Source: Paragordius varius (Eukaryota; Animalia; Nematomorpha). From it: a stretch of DNA of 64,000 nucleotides. Numbering within the stretch: position 1 is the stretch's first letter; the number at the start of each line of letters is the position of its first letter. The position numbers were made by a program, and so were the translations under genes. The notes under the pieces were generated by a model, which saw only the letters and a program-made list of their open reading frames with translations, was not told the DNA's origin and searched no databases. The DNA lies in assembly GCA_964247055.1 (NCBI GenBank), contig OZ176056.1, positions 7,316,001 through 7,380,000 on the forward strand. The letters run 5' to 3'. Below are positions 54,901-64,000 of this stretch, piece after piece.

Positions 54901-56058
54901 TTGTCGGGGCATTCATAAATAATTATATTTTTTCGATGTTTGGATTTGAATGGGTCTACCGGTTTTCCTGTACCAGATCACAAAGCCAGCATTTTCCATT
55001 TTTATAAATATATAGATTACCAAATATAATGTATTGATATCCAAATATCTTTTAACATCCTATACATATGATAGAAGCTCCTTACTCAGCAGCCATCAAA
55101 GAAACGCTTGACTAAAATTTTTGCCTTTTCACAGGGAATACGCAAAATCTTTCTCGAATTTTTACAGTCTCATACCGTGGGCAAAAAAATACAATCAAAA
55201 AATTATTTTTGTGGACTCTTTTTTTTATAAAAATGGCATTTTACGGGGGTAGCGGGTAAAAAGAGGGCCTAAATCAAAAAAGTGAGTCGACTATGTTCAG
55301 CGCGATCAAAAATAAGTAAACAAAAATCATATTTGAAATTGAATGGTCCAACACGTTCTCCAAAAAATTGACTTAACCCTTTCACACGGGGTGGGCCCGA
55401 ACTGGGGACCTAATTCCAAATAAGGGCGAAGCTATTGTCGGGGCTTTCATTAATGATTATATTTTTTCGATATTTGGATTAGAATGGGTTCACCGGTTTT
55501 CCGGAAACAGATCACAAAGTTACATGAGATCAGTTTTTCGCGGGTAGCTCCTTACCCAGCAGCTATCATCAAAGAAACGCTTGGCTAAAATTTTTGCCTT
55601 TTAACAGGGAATACGTGGAATCCATATTGAATTTTTACGGTCTCATGTCTTGGTCGAAAAAGAGATTTAAAAAAATATTTTTGTGGACTTTGTTTTTTGA
55701 AAAAGGTGGCATTTTACGGAGGGAGCAGGTAAAAAGAGGGCCTAAATCAAAAAAGTGTCGACTATGTTTGGCGCAATCGAAAATAACTAAATAAATATCA
55801 TATTTGAAATAGAATGGACCAACACGTTCTCCGGAAAATTGTCTCAAAGACACAATTTTTGTTGACTTCTGTTTTCAAAAAAACCCGTTTTTCACACGGG
55901 GTGGGCCCGAACTGGGGGCCTATTTCAAAAAAAGGGCGAAGCTATTGTCGGGGCATTCATTAATGATTATATTTTTTCGATGTTTGGATTTGAATGGGTC
56001 TACCGGTTTTCCTGTACCAGATCACAAAGCCAGCATTCCATTTTTATAAATATACAGA
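51945..56058 (-). mobile_element. Cluster of non-autonomous Helitron copies: A 51945-53147, B 53151-53808, C ~54030-55016, D ~55060-56058
   Basis: A-C have the 5' end A|TCTATATATTTATAAAAATGG (D: TCTGTATA...). B ends in the GCTGC/GCAGC-type hairpin + CTAC; A ends in a different GTCAC/GTGAC hairpin + CTAG|T. C and D each contain an internal ~470-bp duplication and lack the hairpin end. Confidence 0.85.
53839..54009. repeat. ~170-bp hairpin MITE between Helitron copies B and C
   Basis: agtagcgtatggagtaaaagattg...aaaatagaataaaaaa vs ttttttattctatttt...caatcttttactccatacgctact. Confidence 0.85.
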
Positions 56059-59000
56059 TGATCAATATAGAAATGCTGGTATAAACAGTTTTTCCGAACC
56101 AGAAGATTTTAGGATATATTTATATACGATGTATTTTTCTTTTTAACAATAATTTTACTAGTTTAATAACATTTTTTGTTAAATTGTCACCATGGCGAAA
56201 GTGTGGGAGGCTAGGGACCGAATTTCGCCCCTTTTTATTTTGCGGGTGTAGGGGAAAAATTAATTAATTATTTTTATTTACAGTGTATGTAATTAAAGAC
56301 TGCTTGATTGAATTATACTGGCAAAGAATATAGATATTAATATTGGGATTACAATTCAAGTAAAATTGAATTTAATTAATTAGTTTTCGATTACTCCATG
56401 TAATCTTTGTCAAACGTAAAAGCTAAATCCCAATTTTATACAATAACGATTCAGAGTAAACAATATGCAATAGAGATATTGATAGGGAAAAAAAATGAAA
56501 AAATTCCACTATCTCAATATTTATCACAAGTAGATAATTAATTTATACCATCTTATAATTCTCTTCAATTTAAAAAAATAACGAGTATAGATAGTGTTGA
56601 CACCAAAAATTAAGCGAAGCTTAAAAAAGATTAGTCGTATTATGATTTAATTCCGTTCATTTAATATATTTTGCTTTTTGGTGTAATTAATAATGAATTA
56701 TGCAAACGATTTTAGGGAATACTTTCGCGGTAAATTCCTTTAAATCACTAATACTAGGAAATTCCCATAGCTAAAATATCAAGTAACCAACAGTTTCAGC
56801 CAGTTGTGATGAAGTTATGAGAGGAGTATCCTTGTTTTTAACTTTGCCAGTTACGGTTTTTTCCCATAGCGGAAGGCTTATTCTCAATAAAAATATTCAT
56901 TAATAATTATATTAGAAGCACACGATGGCTAGAAAAAAGTTGAGCATTTTATCGGTACTAATAATTGAAGCGGAGATGGTGGATCAAAAATTTTAAAACA
57001 TGATTTTTTTGATTAATATACTAAAACTCGGCCTAACTAAAATCTATTGGTTCTGTTCAATAATCATCTTTTAAGATCATTTTCTCGATTATATCTTTTC
57101 CATAAATTTTTCCGTCATTTGGGCCTCATATAACGATAAATGCTCAATTATTTTCAATCATAATAATATTAATTTATTTAATTATATTTAACTTTTAAAA
57201 ATAACTATCTAAGGTTAAAGGATTGACGGTGGTTAGGGTAGGCCGGTGGTTACTATACATCAGATTAAAAAATATGAGGGGCGCATATGTTTTGATTCAA
57301 GATGCCTGCCAAGTCATGCAAGTATTATCATTTTAAATAGACAAAATTTTTTTGCGAATCTAAGTAATGCGCCATGTGTAAAGATAACTGCAAACAAATT
57401 GGTCATGATTTTACTCAAAACTCACGGCATAGCCAAACAAACAATATATATATAGTATCTAGATATTTTTTAACAAAAAGGTTAGGGGGCCCAAGTTTAA
57501 ATCTAGCGTGAGGGTCATAATTCTAGTTCCGTGACTGTCATATCATTGACTGGTGTATGGAAGGGCAGTAATGGCTGTTTTTTGTGTTCACAGGCAACCT
57601 GAGTCTACTACAACCTTTTCTTGATTTACCTTGATACATGCATGGCTCGTCTAAATTACATTTTATCTTTTGATAAAGAATTATTTGTAAATCCAGTAAT
57701 GGCATAAATAATTATTGGTCCATTTAAATTTTTCGAAGCCATTTCACCTGTCTAGCTCGTTAAATTAAAATTAGTGTGTAACCAAAACTGTGGATAATAT
57801 ACTTGGAACCGGAATGAATTCTAAATTTAAAATACTTTGCACGATTTTTCAATATTTTTTGAGCATAATTTCAAAGGATTTGTTAGGTAGTGAGTGGTCT
57901 AGAAAGCAAATAACTCTTATGCTGTTGTTTTTCAACAGAGATTCTCTAAGTTGGGTTTATTTTAAGCTATCTCAAAACACATATCAATTAATATATCTAC
58001 GTAAGTTTTATTTTTAAAGGTAACATTTGTTGACATTTCGGGATAATATTTTTACAATGTTGTAATGCCAATATAACTTGTAACAAAGTGATGGGACAAA
58101 TTACTTATAAATAAAGTCTGTATTAAATTAATAAATAATACTAATTTTTTTATTTAAAATTGTTTAACTAATAGTTGCAAACTAATTTTATTTCAATGGG
58201 CCAGTGATCGGAATTAGTTTAGCGAAAAACGGTTAAAAACCATGAAGCTCAGATATCTTGATTGATTGTCTTGTAGTGCACCCATTTATCCAAAAGGATA
58301 CAATGTGGACCTATACCCTATAAATTCTCAAACGATAATCAAATTTTATAAAAATTTGTATCAAATAAATTATATAAAAATTAATGAAATTAACAGTAAG
58401 ATGTTTACATTTGAGTCCAACTAATAAACACATTTTTTTGATAATTTTATTTTAAAGAAAAAAACGTGGCATTTTTGGTTTTTTGACACTATTTTAGCAT
58501 CTTTGGGTACATTTTACTCTCTTTATATCATATCCCCTGGAACGTTATGGTATTAGAGCTGGACTTGATTATCTTAGATATGCGTGTGAGTATGGTATGG
58601 CAGAATAATTAATTAATTCTCTGAAAGGTAAAAATCAATCAAAAATTTTATTTAAATATACCTCAGAAAATAATGTTACTTATACAAGAAATCAATACAA
58701 AAACTTTTGTGATAAACTTCAAACAAGTATCACATATCAAGCTTTATAAGATAAAAATCCCCTTTAGGAAAGATTTCGATTATCAATACCATATATAGAT
58801 ATTTTGATGTTATCTTAAGTGTCAAACTGTCACCAATAACTATATACTTTAAATTCCACATGTGGTAATTACAAATTTATCAATTCATTCGATTAAAAAA
58901 ATATTTTATATATGTAGATGCTTTAATAGATTTAAAAAAATAATTCACTACTAGAATTTGTTTAACTTTTTATAACTAACATCTTTTGATTTTTAATTTT

Positions 59001-59729
59001 TCCAAAACAACGCAATAATTGCACATGGAAAATAGATTAACATATGTCTTCATACCATGTAAAATAAATTATATATGTATATATTTTTATATTTAAGGCG
59101 AAAGTTTAGATGTATAATACATACTAATTTGGTGTAAATAGATAATGTATATTTAATAAATTTTTTTGCCTAATATCAGACGTTGGGTATATGGTAAATA
59201 CATCTAGTCTAACATAAAATTATTTGGAAAAATTAAATAAAATTAGGATAGATAGATATATATAATTTATTTGAAACAATAGAAAAGTATGTGTTTAAAA
59301 AAAGTTATATATAATTACATTTTTTCCAATAACTCTCTACAGACTATTATGTTTATTTATTAATATCATTAATTCTGGCTTGCTTCATTTGAAGATGAAT
59401 TTAAGTCTAGAAAAAAAATTATAAAATATATATCTTTATTACAAAAAATCCAATTTTATCAAAATATTCTATGTTAAAAAATAAATTATACCATGGTTTA
59501 AATAAAGCTATAAATGCCATATTTTGATTCGAATTGTTTTAACAGTCATTCATGGATACTAAAATTAAATTTGATGTTGAAAATTGCGCTATATGTATAA
59601 TTAAAATAGATGCGCGGTAAGTTCCCGATTAGTACGGAATTGAAATTATCACAATTTTTCGATAATCTTTTTTATGTTATTGTTTTGATGATATTTTTGT
59701 TAAGATATCTGGCGTATTATCAAATATTT

Positions 59730-62311
59730 TTAAGAATTAATGGGCAGAGTTCCTTTATTACATATAGGATTGGTATATTCTATAACTGTATAGTTGGTAT
59801 TTTCTTTTATACTTTCGTTAAAATTATTGTTTAGGATGCTTGCATCATAATTTTTAGTGTTGTCTACAGATCTACATTCTTCTGAATTTGGGTGATTTTG
59901 GTTTTTAACGTTGGACACATTCCCGCCAACTGTTTGAACAGTTGATTTCTTATTATTGAATGGTGTATAATAGTAATTATTATTTTGGTTTTTAGACGTC
60001 TTTAGTGATAAATTTATATTGATTGAACCAAGACGGGCCAAACTACTGCCCCCTGGCAGTCCGGATTCCTTGATTAAATGTGGATAATAATGTTGATGTG
60101 TATGAGATGTTGGGGTACATTGATGCCCGCTAGAACCATTTAACATATACTCCAAATTTTCAATATACTCTATGGCATTACGTAGGATTTCAACTTTGGG
60201 CAATCGTTGTGTCGGATTAAGCGATGTAATTCGTTTCAATGTTTCAAATGCTTCATTCACCTTTTATTTATATATATATATATATATATAAGGGTTTGAA
60301 TTAGAAATATTTTAAATTATTTAATTTATTTAATCTATAATACTTAAAATACGAAGTTAGGGGTGCTTTCGACCCTCCTTATATTATATCAAAGCTATCA
60401 TCCTATAAAGATAATTATAACTTAAAACAATCGACAGTTTTATACTCTAAGTTAACCGCCCTCGATATGAATCACAATTAAACTATTTATTATAGAAAAA
60501 GTTAATAATCTGTGGAAAATTTTATATTAGCAACATTTTCTATATCGATAATTTACATTGCAAATTTAAGCAAACGTCAATCATCAAATGTTTGAGGCAA
60601 TTTTCATATCATTTAAGATATAAAAAGGAAAATAAAAACTCGTTGAAAAAAGTTTTCTTTTAAATATGAAAATAAAGTTTGAAAAAACTTTTTTAAGACG
60701 ACGCCGTTCTCTCATGGTTGCAGCCTTTCTTCGATCCACGGTGACAGTTTTTTTCTTACAAATTTTACAGGCCCAAAGCAAGCATTTTTTAGTTGGATCG
60801 CTGGGGTCATGCAAGCTTAACAGGGGTGTTGGTGTACTTTTATTCCTATCATAATTCTCTATTATTTGATTACAATTCTTATCAATACTAAAGTCATCAA
60901 AAGAGGAATGCTTTATATCATCGATACCATGGTGTAAACTTGAAGGATCATCACCAAAGTCCGTATTAATGTTAAGATTATTATTCTGATTCGGAAATGA
61001 ATTGTGATAAAAATGTTCCTCCATTTCTTGAGAATCGAAATCCTCTTTAAGTATAATACTAGTCGATAAACTTGTATATGTATCGTCACTTTTCGCATTG
61101 TAAGGTAAACATATATCTTTTGGAGTGTCATTAATTATTCGATTTTCGGTTTCAGCAAAATTTTGATTCAATGTGGTGGAAACTCTATCCAAAGAAGATT
61201 GCGAACAATTTGTAAGGCGTGAAAATTCTGATTTAGGTGCATGGGTTATATTTGAGTTGGAAATGAGATTTGTACTGTTGGAATTCATTAAAAAATGTCC
61301 TTTTAAAGCGTCCAAACATCGTTCAAAAGTCGTTGGCTCACCAAGATATAAATTTTCGTTTTCACGTTTTATCATCATTTCTGACTTTATGACACTATCA
61401 TGCATTATACCAGTATTATTAGCTGAAATTAGGATAGAGGTGTGAGGTGTCGCAAGAGAGCTATACAATATCGAAGTGTCACCAAAATCACTCGCGGCGG
61501 AATGGAGAAAGGGAAAGTGTAAATTATTTAATAACGAAAACATATTCGCAGGATTAGAGTTTGTATGTATATTATTTGTGCTAAAATTGATGTCGGAGGG
61601 AAAATCTCTGAACCTTGATGAAGTTATCAGCGTCGAATTTAGATTAGGTTCATTCATAGCCGAGGAGTATAGAGTTTGAATTGAGGGTAGACAAATCGAA
61701 GATTGATATGGCGTAATCCCTAACATACCCATAGATGTTTGATTAACATTTTCACGGGGAGTATTGTTGTTTGTATTTGGTGGGTGGTTTTCAAATTGTT
61801 TTAAACAACTTTTATGATTTTTCCTAATTTTTTTGTGTTTCAACTCAGATTTATGATGTTGCAAACTAGATTTTTGAGTGTCCTTTAATCCGTCTGTTGG
61901 TACAAGTATATTTTTGGGAACTTTTTCACCAGTTTTATTTTTATCGAGGTCTGTAGTGCTAGTCATTAAAAGTAATTTTTTTCGTTTATATTTACTGAGT
62001 CCATTTAGGATGTTTGGATCTAACATTTGACGGCTTGGGTCAATTTTTACATTGTCATCATCTTTTACTAATTTGATTTTACCATTTTTATGTTCTTTAA
62101 AGCTTTTCTTTTTAACTTTTTGGGGCCGTTTTTCATTGGCGTTTTGTGACAATCTACTAACTTCAGAAGATGAATCATTTAACATTGTATGATGAATAGT
62201 GGTAGGTGGATTCTCCATATTTTCAGGTATAATATTGCTAAAGTAATTATTTATATCGGGCCATCCATGTAATTTTTCAAACAATTCAAGCGGTGTTGTC
62301 GTTATATCCAT
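59730..62311 (-). CDS. MyoD: MyoD/nautilus-family myogenic bHLH. Exons 62311-60689 and 60260-59730 (428-nt phase-0 intron, K|V); an upstream exon is possible (acceptor ttccag immediately before GT-ATG)
   Basis: [32 protein letters not shown]|[36 protein letters not shown]: the Cys/Trp motif and the myogenic-code Ala-Thr...Lys are diagnostic of MRFs. Confidence 0.95.
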
Positions 62312-64000
62312 ACCTGGAATAAATTAAATTCGCAAAATTTATTTATAAAAGGCAAAACGGATATTGGAAGTATAAGTAAGTATAAATTATAATAATGGAT
62401 GTTACTTTGGGGTTAAAACAATATTGAGAATTTATAGCAAATGTAATATGTATATACAATATATGCCTTAAATTAAATAAGTATAATTACATATATTTGA
62501 TTTTTTGATATATTAGAGCTTGTGGTGTTTTTTCACACACAATTTCATAATAAGTTGGAATAATGTGTTTCAAACGAATAATGCGAATATAAAATTATTT
62601 ATATTTTTTTGAATTTTTTTTAAGATTCACAAAAATTACTATAGATGACCATAGGGCAACCATTAATTTTGATTAAAATCAATTTATGTATATATATTTT
62701 CTACTTTTTTATCAAACTATAAAGTTATTTATCGTGTTTGAGGCATTTGATTTTGGTTTTTGCTTAAAGAACAGTTGTTGCATAGCACACAAGGAACAAT
62801 CATAAATTTTTCTTTTTTCACATTTGAACCTATGATAAATCTATTATTTCATAAATATCGATTTTATTGTAATATGAGTATCAATTTCCCATTTTATGAT
62901 ATATATATGAGTATATACTGGTTTGATATTTTATAAATCATCATAAAAGGAGTAAGATTTCGCTTTAAAACTCAAGTTGACTTTTAATGAAACCAATTAC
63001 TCATTATATATAATATATTAGATTTTATATCAATTAAAATAGCACTGTAAAAAATTTATAGGCTTTTAGATTAGTTTTTTTACAAAATTTAATTTTTATA
63101 AAATACCGTGTCAATCTTAGCAGAAGCTGGAAGGATTGACGGCAGCCAGGTGGTTATGATATAAAAAAATAATTTCAATTTATAATTTTTATTATTTTTT
63201 ATACTTTTAAACATAAGACCGTAAAATACAATCACAATATAACAATTTTTTCTTCTAGTTCTTGCGAATCCGATAGTTATTTTTAAAAAAATTAGGAAAT
63301 ATAATATATTTTCAAATGACCATATAAATATTAAATGGGTGCCAGTTTGTTTGAGTCAAAATGCGTGGCTCGAAATCTTGTATTGTCCCTATATTAGTTT
63401 ATAGACACAGGATATATCGGTTAATAAAACCAATAAAAATAATGTTGTTTTCCTATATTGATCAGAAAATTCGCTTCAAAGCTATACCATTTAACAGAGT
63501 AACTCTCGTTTAATAATAATGGATTAATTTATAACATTTTTCCCCTTAGGTTAACAGTTATTCTAGCTTTTTTGATTTTCCTCAAATATTAAAACACTGA
63601 TGCATATTTTAAAAAAGCGTTCAGCTAAAGCTTTATGCATGGAGAAGTACCTAACCCGTATGGATTTTATATAATCGCTAACTTGGGCTATTAAGTGCAT
63701 TAAAGTAACGTAAATTTCAAATGGATGCACGTTTGACAGAGGATAAACTATTGAAGAGATTAGCCACGTTGTTATCTAAATCAAGGGTGCCCCACCGGCA
63801 CATGGAAAATTAGGGGAATCTCAAAATTGGCATGGCAAAAATTTACTCATACGATCCTGGTAAAATTGATATTTTCCAAACAATTTTTTATAAATAAATC
63901 TATATACCCAATTTGAAGAAAAAAGGTGGATAAAAATTGTTATATTTATCGTTTTATTCCATATATATCGATTTTTGGTTGAAAATGCGGCCCGCAAAGC

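Noticed and set aside
53165-55853. Short ORFs repeated in the ORF track (also 18434-19131)
   Set aside because: They are translations of the Helitron repeat units, vary by frameshift between copies and show no Rep/helicase motifs.
57540-57780. Possible additional MyoD or other exon on the minus strand
   Set aside because: GC-richer patch with short open frames but no recognisable motif and no consistent splice phase with MyoD exon 2, which already has a stop.
12554-59834. Numerous 60-135 aa Phe/Ile/Lys/Tyr-rich ORFs in the track (e.g. 12554, 19736, 20870, 25374, 42333, 49796, 57790, 59610)
   Set aside because: Composition mirrors AT-rich non-coding DNA or MITEs, or they are antisense to real exons; no motifs or splice support.

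Overview
Very AT-rich, repeat-dense eukaryotic DNA; a MyoD-family gene points to a bilaterian animal. I can reconstruct three spliced minus-strand genes by hand: a GDP-D-glucose phosphorylase (GDPGP1-like, 10 coding exons, 46742-50917), a MyoD/nautilus-type myogenic bHLH with a very long N-terminus (59730-62311), and a two-exon, probably secreted helical protein of unknown family (32782-35411). On the plus strand, 8741-9946 looks like a gene built from 12-36 nt symmetric phase-1 micro-exons. Six of these sit in a tandem array whose repeated unit is a near-invariant 51-nt GT...AG intron. The GDPGP1 gene requires two 23-nt introns, so this genome appears to splice ultra-short introns despite also having kb-scale introns. 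The rest is decayed transposon DNA: two related Gypsy pol/integrase relics (one split by a full-length RTE LINE with a 12-bp TSD), a mariner relic, a degraded CR1/L2-type LINE, three hAT families (including a Buster element with a perfect 8-bp TSD nested in another hAT), non-autonomous Helitrons with a ~4 kb cluster, and several long-TIR/palindromic MITE families. Gene models were made by eye from splice signals, frame continuity and remembered family motifs; no database search was run.
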